Positions 50,615-59,289 of a DNA stretch of 64,000 nt are shown here, one piece after another (within the stretch, counting starts at the first letter, position 1; every line of letters begins with the position of its first letter). The notes under the pieces are model-generated. The model was given only the letters and a program-made list of their open reading frames with translations. It was not told the origin of the DNA and ran no database searches. The translations under genes were made by a program, and so were the position numbers. The stretch comes from Kiritimatiellia bacterium (lineage in GTDB: Bacteria; Verrucomicrobiota; Kiritimatiellia; RFP12; UBA1067): NCBI GenBank assembly GCA_045537795.1, contig JAZSQE010000033.1, forward strand, positions 17,469 through 81,468. Direction: 5' to 3'.

Positions 50615-52774
50615 CTACATCATGCTTACCGCGTCGATGTCGATAGAAACGGCGAGCGCCGCGGGCGGACGGCGCTCCGAAAGAAGCCACTTCCACGCTT
50701 TCACGATCGAAAGAGCGCTCGCGGCCCTGACGACTATCTGCCAGCGATAACGCCCGTCGGCCTTTTCAAGAGCGGCAGGAACGGCCTCGCCCGCCGTTAT
50801 CCCTTTTATCTTTCCCAGCGATTTCGAATACATCGCCGCCCATTCGGCGACAAGAGACATGTCGGCTGCGCTCATGCTGACGAGCGCCAGACGGCAATAC
50901 GGCGGATACCACCCTTCGCGCCGCGCCGCCAGTTCCGATGCGGCAAAAGCCGCGTAATCGCCGCGAGCCGCAGCCCTTATGACTTCCGATGAAGGATTGT
51001 ACGTCTGTATGAAAACCTCCCCCGGGAGCTCGGCGCGACCCGCACGCCCCGCCACCTGCTGAAGAAGCTGGAACGTCCTCTCCGCCGCGCGGAAGTCCGG
51101 CATGTGAAGAGACCTGTCGGCGTTCAGAACCCCGACAAGCGTCACGTTCGGAAAATCAAGCCCCTTGGCGATCATCTGCGTGCCTATCAGAATATCGGCC
51201 TCGCGCATTCTGAACGCTCCGAGAATATCGTCGTGCGAGCGCTTTCTGCTCGTCGAATCGGCGTCCATGCGCAATATCCGAGAGCGCGGGAAACACGTTT
51301 TAAGAGCGGCCTCGGCGCGTTGCGTACCTATCCCCTTGTACGTGAACGATTTGTCGCCGCACCCGGGGCACTTTGCCGGCATCTCGATCCAGCCGCCGCA
51401 GATATGGCACCTGAGGCACCTGTCCGCCTGATGATACGTATATGCGACGGAACATTCGGGACATTCCAGCGCCGTGCCGCATCCGTCGCAGACCACGTTC
51501 GGCGAATATCCTCGCCTGTTCAGAAAAAGAATCGTCTGCTCGCCGAGTTCGAGCCTCGTCTTTATCGCGGACAGAAGATCCTTCGAAAAAATCCCCTTTT
51601 CGCCGCACGACATATCGACGAGATGTACGAGCGGGAGAGTTCCCGCGCCGGCGCGCTTCTTCATCGAGAAAAGAGAATACTTGCCTCTTTGAGCGTTAAG
51701 CCAGCTCTCGAGCCCGGGAGTCGCCGAACCGAGAACGACCTTGGCGCCTTCGAGCGAAGCGCGCAGAACCGCGACGTCGCGGGCGTTGTACCTCGGCATC
51801 GTATCCTGCTTGTAACTCGGGTCGTGCTCTTCGTCCACGACTATGAGCCCGAGATTGGAGAGAGGCGCCCAGACCGCGCTCCTCGGACCGATGACGACGC
51901 TCGCCTCGCCGCTTCGGATGCGGTGCCATTCGTCGTAGCGTTCGCCCTCCGACAATGCAGAATGGAGAACCGCCACCTTCTCGCCGAAGCGCGAAGCGAA
52001 ACGCTGCACAGTCTGCGGGGTGAGCGAGATTTCGGGAACCATCACGATCGCGCCGCGCCCCGCCTCGAGTTCGGATGCGATCGCCTGAAGATAAACCTCG
52101 GTCTTGCCGGAACCGGTGATGCCGTGCAAAAGAACGGGCTTCGTCTGCGAGAGAATCCCCTCGAGCGCCGCGCTCTGGACGTCGTTGAGCGGCAACGGCT
52201 TCGACGGAAGAATCCGGCGCGCAAGAAGCGGGTCGCGCCGCTTCGCTCTGGGCGCTATCGAAAGAGCGCCTTTTCCCGCGAGAATCTTCAATGTCGCAGG
52301 CGTCGTCTTCAGTTCGTTCGCCAGCTGATTGAGCCACCCGCCGCCGAGACGGACAACCTGCTCGCATATCCATTTCTGGCGCTTCGTGAGAGCGGATGTA
52401 TCGCACGGGAGCGAAGGCTCGACAAAAAGAAGTTCGCGCGCACGGGCGTTCTTTTTGACGACCGCCGCGGGCAGGGCCGTCCTGAGAACACTCTCTATCG
52501 GCGAGGCCGTGTATGCGGCCACCTTCTTCACGAGATCGAGCAGACGGGGAGAAAAAAAAGGAACCTCATCGACTATGGATGTCACGCTCTTTAGCGAGTA
52601 AGACACGTCCTGCTTCTGCCGGCTTGAAAGCGCCATCGCGAAACCTCTCGCCTCGCGATGACCGAACGGAACGCAAAGAAGCTGACCGACGGTCAGCTTC
52701 TTTTCCATGGCGCCCGGAACCTCGTAAGTGAAGAGCTTGTCGAGCGCCAGATCTATGGCGACGGATACCGTCAA
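50615..52774 (-). CDS. priA: Primosomal protein N' (replication restart helicase PriA)
   Basis: Walker A LHGITGSGKTEVY. DEEH box (IVVDEEHDPSYKQ). Cys clusters CDGCG...CPEC...CHICG...CPGCG. Confidence 0.9.
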   Translation of the reverse strand: MTVSVAIDLALDKLFTYEVPGAMEKKLTVGQLLCVPFGHREARGFAMALSSRQKQDVSYSLKSVTSIVDEVPFFSPRLLDLVKKVAAYTASPIESVLRTALPAAVVKKNARARELLFVEPSLPCDTSALTKRQKWICEQVVRLGGGWLNQLANELKTTPATLKILAGKGALSIAPRAKRRDPLLARRILPSKPLPLNDVQSAALEGILSQTKPVLLHGITGSGKTEVYLQAIASELEAGRGAIVMVPEISLTPQTVQRFASRFGEKVAVLHSALSEGERYDEWHRIRSGEASVVIGPRSAVWAPLSNLGLIVVDEEHDPSYKQDTMPRYNARDVAVLRASLEGAKVVLGSATPGLESWLNAQRGKYSLFSMKKRAGAGTLPLVHLVDMSCGEKGIFSKDLLSAIKTRLELGEQTILFLNRRGYSPNVVCDGCGTALECPECSVAYTYHQADRCLRCHICGGWIEMPAKCPGCGDKSFTYKGIGTQRAEAALKTCFPRSRILRMDADSTSRKRSHDDILGAFRMREADILIGTQMIAKGLDFPNVTLVGVLNADRSLHMPDFRAAERTFQLLQQVAGRAGRAELPGEVFIQTYNPSSEVIRAAARGDYAAFAASELAARREGWYPPYCRLALVSMSAADMSLVAEWAAMYSKSLGKIKGITAGEAVPAALEKADGRYRWQIVVRAASALSIVKAWKWLLSERRPPAALAVSIDIDAVSMM

Positions 52775-52775
52775 A

Positions 52776-53510
52776 TCAGAGATCGAGAATCTTGAGCTGG
52801 TTTTCGAGCGCCGAGTTGTCGAAGCTCTGCTTGTTGAAAATCACGTTGAGACGCGAGTACTTCGCCTTGATCACCTGCGCGGCGCCGCCCTTGCGGATAA
52901 GAATCCAGGCCTTGTTGCCGAAGGGAGTCGAAGTGTACTGACCGCCCGCCTTGCCGCATTCGATTTCGGTCGACTTGGTGCCGTCGTAGCTCGCGAGTTC
53001 GGAGTTGAGCGAATTGAAATCGACGTTGCGCGTGACGAGAACGGGGACGACGTCCGAAATCTCGCTCTGGACGTTCTGCGTGACGAGCCAAGCGACGTTC
53101 TTCTTGTCGAGCGTGTTGCCGGTCATGCCGGGAACGCCGCCGCCGGAAAGAAGGCTGATATCGCAGTCGACGAACGGCTTGCGCGACTTGGCGTCGGTCT
53201 CGAGATCGAAAAGATACTTGAAGAAGTCGGTGGAGCTTGAAGCGCCGATAACCTGCTTGTCATCGTCGTCAAGGCCGTCGGTATCCTGCTGAGGCCAGAC
53301 CGCCTGGAGTCCCGCGCCTTCGCGGTCGGTGTTCGTCTGGGTTATGGCGACAAAGAGATTACGCCCGCGCATCGACATCGCCGAGGTGTTCGCCGAAAGC
53401 ATCGCCGACGAGATTGCGGGAAAGAGAGCGCCCATCAGGATGCCGAGAATGCCGATAACCACGAGAAGTTCGACGAGGGTGAAACCTTTGTTTGCCTTTT
53501 TCATTTTCAT
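52776..53510 (-). CDS. Prepilin-type N-terminal cleavage/methylation domain protein (type II secretion pseudopilin-like)
   Basis: MKMKKANKGFTLVELLVVIGILGILMGALFPAI is the class III signal (G/FTLVE). Start at ATG 53510. The upstream track extension was rejected. Confidence 0.8.
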   Translation of the reverse strand: MKMKKANKGFTLVELLVVIGILGILMGALFPAISSAMLSANTSAMSMRGRNLFVAITQTNTDREGAGLQAVWPQQDTDGLDDDDKQVIGASSSTDFFKYLFDLETDAKSRKPFVDCDISLLSGGGVPGMTGNTLDKKNVAWLVTQNVQSEISDVVPVLVTRNVDFNSLNSELASYDGTKSTEIECGKAGGQYTSTPFGNKAWILIRKGGAAQVIKAKYSRLNVIFNKQSFDNSALENQLKILDL

Positions 53511-53553
53511 ATCCTTTTTTCCTTTTCGTTTTGGGTGTATTATCGCATAATTT

Positions 53554-54180
53554 TCATTTGCACGCAAGTGCCATCTTGAGATACGGAGCGTACGCTTTGG
53601 TATACGTATGCAGCGACACAAGAGTAACCGCGATCATGAAGCTTTCAAACGCGAAGCAGGTAGCGAGCCACGGAGCGCCCCACGAAACGGGCAGCATCGG
53701 GTGGAACGCGAGATACATGTACGTCCACCCGGCGCAGGGGAAAGAGAGCGCCGTTCGGATCTTGCCCAAACGCATCGCGCCGACGTCCGCGCCGTACATG
53801 GTGCCGACGCTGCGCATGAACGTGACCCACATGTCACGCCCGAGATAAAGAATCGTGAAGGCAAGCATCAAAAGCGCGTGCGCCTCGCACTCTCCCTGCC
53901 GCGCGATCTGCCATACAAGCGCGGGAAACGCCACGACGTAGAATATCTTGTCCATGAGCGGATCGGCCATCTTCCCGAGAGTCGAAACGACTTTCCATCT
54001 CCTCGCGAGCATCCCGTCGAAAAGATCGCTTATGCCGGAAAGGAACATCGAAAACAAGGCCCAGAAGCCGAGCCAGAAACCGCCGAGATACTCCTGCGCG
54101 ACGGCGAAGCCGAGCCACGCGAAAACGAGCGGCACGCGCAGAAAGGTGAGAGCGTTGACTATCGCGGACTTTGAACTCAC
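53554..54180 (-). CDS. pgsA: CDP-alcohol phosphatidyltransferase (PgsA-like)
   Basis: DLFDGMLARRWKVVSTLGKMADPLMDK fits D-x2-DG-x2-AR-x8-G-x3-D-x3-D exactly. Start inferred at GTG 54180 (VSSKSAIVNALTFLR), giving a GTGA overlap with the upstream stop. The Arg/Ser-rich track extension to 54462 overlaps the upstream gene. Confidence 0.75.
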   Translation of the reverse strand: MSSKSAIVNALTFLRVPLVFAWLGFAVAQEYLGGFWLGFWALFSMFLSGISDLFDGMLARRWKVVSTLGKMADPLMDKIFYVVAFPALVWQIARQGECEAHALLMLAFTILYLGRDMWVTFMRSVGTMYGADVGAMRLGKIRTALSFPCAGWTYMYLAFHPMLPVSWGAPWLATCFAFESFMIAVTLVSLHTYTKAYAPYLKMALACK

Positions 54181-54563
54181 GACTCGCTCAAACCCTCCGC
54201 AACGACTTCCTGCATGACGCCGAGCGCCTCCTGAAGCTGCACGAGACGCGCCTTGAGCGCGCGCACCATGAGTTCCGACTTCTGGTAATTGCGGCGCGTG
54301 GCGAAAAGCTGCTTGAGAATTTCGCCGGGATCGAGATCGAGATCGGTGAGCTGCATTCCGTCGGGAATGGGCACGAGCACCTCTTCGCCGCACTGGCTGC
54401 AGTTGATCTGAAGCCCCGCGCCGCGATAGTCGATGACGAGATTCTTTCCGCAATGCGGACAATCGAAAACGATGTCGGTATCGCGGATTTCCGAATCATC
54501 CGCGACCTGCGCTCCGGACGCGTCATGTCCGGCGGCCTGATCCAGCAATGTTTCATCTGTCAT
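54177..54563 (-). CDS. Zinc-ribbon protein with C-terminal coiled coil (hypothetical)
   Basis: CPHCGKNLVIDYRGAGLQINCSQCG (CxxC-x17-CxxC) followed by a heptad-like KSELMVRALKARLVQLQEAL. Confidence 0.55.
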   Translation of the reverse strand: MTDETLLDQAAGHDASGAQVADDSEIRDTDIVFDCPHCGKNLVIDYRGAGLQINCSQCGEEVLVPIPDGMQLTDLDLDPGEILKQLFATRRNYQKSELMVRALKARLVQLQEALGVMQEVVAEGLSES

Positions 54564-54636
54564 CCTATGTTCTCCTTCCGGCGTTGATTATACACTAATC
54601 ACGACGCGCGCGCAACCCTCCACGGGCAACGCGTCC

Positions 54637-57318
54637 TCACGCAAAAAGCTTCGCGAGCTTCTCGAGCTGCGCGACCTTTGCCCTGTTGTCTTCAAGCTTG
54701 CGTTTCGCTTCTTCGACGATGGCCGCGGGAGCATGATCGACGAACGCCTTGTTGGCGAGCTTCGCTTCGGAGGCCTTGATGAAGCCGGCGAGTCTCGAAA
54801 GCTCCCCCTCGATGCGCTTCGCCTCTGCCGCCTTGTCGACAAGACCTTCGAGACTTAGATAGACCGTGCCGAAAGCCGTCAGTCTGGAGGGCATCGCGAG
54901 ATCGCTGCCGGCTGCAGTGAATTCGACCGATTCAGCGCGCATCGCCTTCTTGAGAGATTCCGTCTCGCCGGCGGCGCGTTCGTCGTCCGTCGCTATCGTG
55001 ACCTTCACGAACGTCGCGGGCGTGACTTTGTACTCTGCGCGCAGCGCACGCAGAGCCGTGATGGCCTCGCGCTTCTTTTCGACAAAATCGTAGACCTCTT
55101 CCGTGAGCCCCCATGCCGCCTTCTCGGCATCGGAATACCCTTCGGGATACTTCTCGCGCATGATCGTCTCGCCGTCCTTGAGATACCCGAGCTGGTGGGC
55201 GACCTCTTCGGTGACGAAAGGCATGTACGGATGAAGAAGTTTGAGGGCCTTGCAGAAGACATCGCGCAGAATCGCGAACGCGCGCGTCTTGTCGGGGGCG
55301 TCCTTCGCGTATTCGACGTACCAGTCGCATATCTGCGTCCAGAAGAAATCGTACAAGGCCAGCGCGCCGTCCTGGATGCGGTAGTTCTCGAGGATTTCGG
55401 CGAGTCTTCTGCACGCCTTGTCGGTCGCGAGAAGGATATGCTTTTCGTCGGCCGTGAGTTCGCCTTTGATTTCCCCGAAGCCTTCCGGCGGGGTGTTCAT
55501 CTCGAGGAAGCGCGCGGCGTTCCATATCTTCGTCGTGAAGTTGCGCCCGATCTCGAATTTCTCCTTGTTCACCTTCGTGTCGCAGTCGAGCGAAGTTATG
55601 AGGGCGATGGAAAAGCGCAGCGCGTCCGCGGAGTACATGTCGATGAGTTCCAGCGGGTCGAGCGAATTACCCTTCGACTTCGACATTTTCGAGCCGTCGG
55701 CGGCGCGGACGATGCCGTGGATGACGATGTTCTTGAACGGCGGCTTCTTCATGAAGTGGATGCCGGCCATCATCATGCGCGCGACCCAGAAGAAAATGAT
55801 GTCCTGGGCGGTGACGAGATCGCTCGTCGGATAATAGTAATCGAGATCTGCCGTCTTTTCCGGCCAGCCGAGAGTCGAAAACGGCCAGAGCCACGAACTG
55901 AACCACGTGTCGAGAACGTCTTCATCCTGCACGAGGTCATCCAGAGTCAAAGCGGCGTTGCCGGTCTTGATCTTCGCCTCTTCGAGCGCCGCCTCCTTCG
56001 TCTCCGCGACAAAAACCTCTCCGTTCTCGGCGCCCTCGTTCCCGCGGACATAATACGCGGGAATGCGGTGCCCCCACCAGAGCTGGCGCGAAATGCACCA
56101 GTCCTGAATGTTCTCCATCCAGTTGAAATAGATTTTGCTCCAGCGCTCGGGCACGAACCTAACCTCGCCCGATTTCACGGCTTCGATGGCGGGAGCGGCG
56201 AGAGGTTTCATCTTCACGAACCACTGCTTCGAAAGACGCGATTCGACGACTTCGTGGCAACGATAGCAGTGGCCGACCTGGTTGTCGAGATCTTCGACAT
56301 GGTCGAGATACCCGCCCTCTTCAAGATCAGCGACGAGAGCCTCGCGGCATTTGAAGCGGTCCATCCCGGCGTACTTCGCCCCGGCGAGATCGTTCATAGT
56401 GCCGTCGCCGTTCATGATGTTGATCTCTTCGAGACCGTGGCGCTTGCCGACGAGGAAGTCGTTCGGATCGTGCGCGGGAGTGATCTTGACGATGCCAGTG
56501 CCGAATTCGCGGTCGACGTAATCGTCGGCTATGACGGGAATCTCGCGGCCCGTGAGCGGGAGAACGACCGTCTTGCCGAGGAGATGCGCGTAGCGCTCGT
56601 CCTTCGGGTTGACCGCGACGGCGGTATCGCCGGGCAACGTTTCGGGACGTGTCGTCGCGACCATGACGTAGTCGGCGTAGGGTTCGCCCCTGACGCCCTT
56701 CTCGGAACCGACGACGGGATAGCGAACGTACCAGAAATGGCCGTGGTTGGGCTCATGCTCCACTTCGTCGTTCGCGAGCGCCGTGCCGCATCTGGGGCAC
56801 CAGTTGACGATATAATTGCCCTTGTATACAAGCCCCTCGTCGAAGAGCTGCTTAAAAACTTTCGTGACCGCCTTCGAGCAGCCTTCGTCGAACGTGAAAC
56901 GCTCACGCGCCCAGTCGGTCGAGTTTCCGAGCATGCGCTGCTGATGTACGATCGTTCCGCCGTACTTTTTCTTCCAGTCCCACACGCGCTCGAGAAACGC
57001 TTCGCGCCCGAGATCCTGACGGCGCTTGCCTTCTTTTTTGAGGGCCTTCTCGACGACGTTCTGCGTCGCGATGCCGGCGTGGTCGGTGCCTGGCAGCCAG
57101 AGAGTGTTCTTCCCCTGCATTCTGCGCCATCTGACGAGGATGTCCTGGATCGTCTGGTTGAGCGCGTGACCCATGTGGAGAATGCCGGTGACGTTCGGCG
57201 GCGGAATTACTACGCTGTAGGGTTCGCCCTTGCCGGGCTCGTCGTGAAAATAACCGTTCTTTTCCCAGAGAGGATACCATTTGGCCTCCGCGGCCTTGGC
57301 GTCGTAATGTTTATCCAT
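54637..57318 (-). CDS. valS: Valine--tRNA ligase
   Basis: MDKHYDAKAAEAKWYPLWEKNGYF..., class I motifs PNVTGILHMGHA and SKMSKSKGN, and a C-terminal coiled coil. Start at ATG 57318. Confidence 0.95.
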   Translation of the reverse strand: MDKHYDAKAAEAKWYPLWEKNGYFHDEPGKGEPYSVVIPPPNVTGILHMGHALNQTIQDILVRWRRMQGKNTLWLPGTDHAGIATQNVVEKALKKEGKRRQDLGREAFLERVWDWKKKYGGTIVHQQRMLGNSTDWARERFTFDEGCSKAVTKVFKQLFDEGLVYKGNYIVNWCPRCGTALANDEVEHEPNHGHFWYVRYPVVGSEKGVRGEPYADYVMVATTRPETLPGDTAVAVNPKDERYAHLLGKTVVLPLTGREIPVIADDYVDREFGTGIVKITPAHDPNDFLVGKRHGLEEINIMNGDGTMNDLAGAKYAGMDRFKCREALVADLEEGGYLDHVEDLDNQVGHCYRCHEVVESRLSKQWFVKMKPLAAPAIEAVKSGEVRFVPERWSKIYFNWMENIQDWCISRQLWWGHRIPAYYVRGNEGAENGEVFVAETKEAALEEAKIKTGNAALTLDDLVQDEDVLDTWFSSWLWPFSTLGWPEKTADLDYYYPTSDLVTAQDIIFFWVARMMMAGIHFMKKPPFKNIVIHGIVRAADGSKMSKSKGNSLDPLELIDMYSADALRFSIALITSLDCDTKVNKEKFEIGRNFTTKIWNAARFLEMNTPPEGFGEIKGELTADEKHILLATDKACRRLAEILENYRIQDGALALYDFFWTQICDWYVEYAKDAPDKTRAFAILRDVFCKALKLLHPYMPFVTEEVAHQLGYLKDGETIMREKYPEGYSDAEKAAWGLTEEVYDFVEKKREAITALRALRAEYKVTPATFVKVTIATDDERAAGETESLKKAMRAESVEFTAAGSDLAMPSRLTAFGTVYLSLEGLVDKAAEAKRIEGELSRLAGFIKASEAKLANKAFVDHAPAAIVEEAKRKLEDNRAKVAQLEKLAKLFA

Positions 57319-57344
57319 TTTCCGTTCTCTTGTTTCCTTAAAGA

Positions 57345-57421
57345 TGGCGGGCCTGGCGGGACTCGAACCCACTACCCACTGCTTAGAAGGCAGTTGCTCT
57401 GTCCAGATGAGCTACAGGCCC
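57345..57421 (-). tRNA. tRNA-Arg (anticodon UCU), CCA encoded
   Basis: The minus strand reads GGGCCTGTAGCTCATCTGGACAGAGCAACTGCCTTCTAAGCAGTGGGTAGTGGGTTCGAGTCCCGCCAGGCCCGCCA. It folds into a full cloverleaf with a 7-bp acceptor, GCTC/GAGC D-stem, ACTGC/GCAGT anticodon stem, loop CTTCTAA and T-loop TTCGAGT. Confidence 0.95.
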
Positions 57422-57451
57422 TTATTGCGCAATTACGGCAATTTTTGACAG

Positions 57452-57481
57452 ATTATATCAAAAACCGGCAGCGTCGGTCAA
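57452..57481 (-). promoter_or_regulatory. Predicted tRNA-Arg promoter TTGACC-18-TATAAT (TG-extended)
   Basis: The minus strand reads ...gtTTGACCgacgctgccggtttttgaTATAATctgtcaaaaattgccgtaattgcgcaataagGGGCC... Confidence 0.55.
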
Positions 57482-57497
57482 ACGTCACGCGCGAACC

Positions 57498-57566
57498 GCA
57501 AAAATTACAAATGAGCCTGCGCGTCGCGCCTGAAGTCGCGCCCCGTGGCTCATTTGTAATTTTTGC
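57498..57566. repeat. Perfect 20-bp inverted repeat with 29-nt spacer
   Basis: gcaaaaattacaaatgagcc (57498-57517) and ggctcatttgtaatttttgc (57547-57566) match 20/20. The spacer carries gtcgcgcc twice. Confidence 0.85.
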
Positions 57567-57581
57567 CTTATCCTCTTACTA

Positions 57582-57611
57582 TTGGATAGCAATGGCGAAA
57601 AGTGGTATAAT
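57582..57611 (+). promoter_or_regulatory. Predicted promoter TTGGAT-18-TATAAT with extended TGG
   Basis: ttggat at 57582-57587 and tggtataat at 57603-57611. It points into the decayed regulator/lyase region. Confidence 0.45.
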
Positions 57612-57805
57612 TACGGGCGTTTGCAGAGTTGTCTGATGCAAGGTACGCATCTTCCGGCAATCTCGAATGCGGTGTCTGAAAGGTTTCTGAAAATGCAAAG
57701 GCAGTATGTGAAACGGATTATGCGACTGGCAGCGACGAAATGCGCCGGGTACTATTCCGTTTTGCTTTCTCAAAAGCATATTTCGTTTTTTCGTCGGAGG
57801 TCGGG

Positions 57806-58057
57806 ATGGAGAGGATGAAGGTGATTGTCGATCCAATAGTCTATGAGGACGGCGCGGAGAGACGTTCTCTCGATTTGCGTCAGGACGGAATCGCATGCAT
57901 TCCGCTCCTCGGATTGAGCAACTTTCAGTCGGTGCGCGCAGGGACGCAGGAGCATATCCATCCCGGATGTGTGGAGATATCGCTGTGTCTTCGCGGAAAT
58001 CTCATGTTTGAGTCGTTTGGAATGGAATACCCGTTTTTGCCGGGAAAGGACGCTTGA
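57806..58057 (+). pseudogene. AraC-type regulator remnant: N-terminal cupin fragment only
   Basis: SD GGAGG then ATG 57806. ...QEHIHPGCVEISLCLRGNLMFESFGMEYPFLPGKDA* matches the H.H..E....G......G.....PGD cupin pattern. It stops before the rest of the domain and lacks any HTH. Confidence 0.5.
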
Positions 58058-58878
58058 ATCTGGAGGCGGTCGATGCGCTTGTCGAGTACGGTCTTAAGGG
58101 TGGGTTGAAGGGCTTCTATCTTACCGGCTCGACCGGAGAAGGGATGCTGTTGACGCTTGAGGAGCGCAAGGAGATATACAAACGCGCGGTAACGGCGGCG
58201 AGAGGGCGCTGCAGGCTGATAGCGCAGGTCGGATGTGTGCGTACCGACGATTCAATCGAATTGGCGAAGGCGGCGGCTGACGCCGGGGTGGATTGGGTGT
58301 CCTCCGTGGCTCCTGTGTATTTCGGACAGAACTTTCCCTCTGCGATGCGGCATTACAAGGCGATAAGCGAGGCTACGGATCTGCCATTTCTCATATACGC
58401 TTTCAACAGTGAACTTGTTCCGGACCGTGACGCCAGACTTTTCGATCTCAAGAACGTAAAGGGCATCAAGTATACAGGGCGGAATTTCTATGTCTGCCAG
58501 CGTATCAGGAGAATGCTGAACAAGGAGACGGTGTGGTTCGCCGGTTGCGACGAGCTTCTTCTCTCCGCCCTTGCGCTTGGCGACACGTTCTCCGGCGGAA
58601 TAGGACTCAACTACAACATCATCCCTCGCCATTTCTCCAGAATCTGCGAACTGTGCGTCAAGAACGATTTCCGCTCGGCGGCGAAGTGACAGGCGGAGGC
58701 GAATCGCCTGGTGGATATTGTGGTGGATTCCTTTTCGGACAACTGGAGCGCGTTCAAGGTGCTGATGAAGGCTGTCGGCATCGATTGCGGCTATTGCCGT
58801 GCGCCATACGCCCCGCTCACCCGTGCGCAGGAGCGTGCCGTTCTTGCCCGCTTTGCCTCGCTTGGAATAGAGAGATAA
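58054..58878 (+). pseudogene. DapA/NanA-family (N-acetylneuraminate lyase-like) gene, 5'-truncated, with an in-frame TGA
   Basis: LNLEAVDALVEYGLKGGLKGFYLTGSTGE...VKGIKYTG... matches the family but lacks the roughly 18-20 N-terminal residues (..TPF..DG..). TGA at 58687-58689 is in frame. The same frame continues QAEANRLVDIVV...GIDCGYCRAPYAPLT... to TAA 58878. Confidence 0.6.
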
Positions 58879-59209
58879 TGAATTTCGGCGGAAATTTCCG
58901 TGAATTTTCACCGGCCCTGTTTGCGTCAGATCGGATCAGTCGGCAAACTGTGATATAATGACGTCGTTTAACGGGGAGATGGTAAAATGACTGAACCAAA
59001 AACCTAAGGATCAAAGAGTTTAGGGCGTGGTGTTGAGTGAAATGAGAGGGCAGACCTCTGAATTTTACAGGAAAGCTGATAAAATGGTTTCTGCGCGGGA
59101 AAGAATAATTGGGGTGTACCCCTGAAAAGAGTTTGATCAGCGGCTTGTATTTGCCGATTTTGGAATTTATCCCTATTTTCCGCACAATCCCATTTTTTTG
59201 ACAGGAGGG

Positions 59210-59238
59210 TTGACCATTTCAGAAAAAAAGAATAATAT
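59210..59238 (+). promoter_or_regulatory. Predicted rubrerythrin promoter TTGACC-17-TAATAT
   Basis: ttgacc at 59210-59215, a 17-nt spacer, and taatat at 59233-59238. It is followed by the tandem ATATACCCYGAACAAA repeat and RBS AAAGGAAA before ATG 59290. Confidence 0.45.
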
Positions 59239-59289
59239 ACCCTGAACAAATATACCCCGAACAAACAAACGATTAGAAAGGAAAACACC

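Noticed and set aside
51104-52594. 496-aa plus-strand ORF, and the similar long antisense ORFs at 48294-49712, 36096-37547, 35611-36480, 38335-39375, 39423-40484, 60623-61612, 32351-33217, 29838-30596 and 43965-44552
   Set aside because: Each is antisense to a gene with clear family motifs (priA, gntP/glxK, waaA, lpxB, kdgK, ychF, OMP, pdxS, Pro-rich protein). Each has the Arg/Gly/Ala/Pro-rich look of non-coding frames in GC-rich DNA.
55195-57636. 813-aa plus-strand ORF
   Set aside because: It lies antisense to valS and runs through the tRNA-Arg gene. valS is unambiguous (HMGH and KMSKS motifs).
58004-58057. MFESFGMEYPFLPGKDA as the genuine N-terminus of the lyase (a simple 1-nt frameshift in an otherwise complete gene)
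   Set aside because: YPF...D..LN loosely resembles the TPF..DG.. start of DapA/NanA proteins. But the same residues fit the AraC cupin pattern (H.H..E....G......G.....PGD) continuously from HIHPGCVEI. The strand before it is acidic rather than hydrophobic. I could not decide rigorously, and either way the gene is disrupted.
58687-58689. In-frame TGA in the NanA/DapA-like gene as selenocysteine or programmed recoding
   Set aside because: The gene is also 5'-truncated or frameshifted. DapA/NanA-family enzymes are not known selenoproteins. Only a trivial 4-5-bp hairpin (ggcga-a-tcgcc) follows, not a SECIS-like structure. A nonsense mutation in a pseudogene is the simpler reading.
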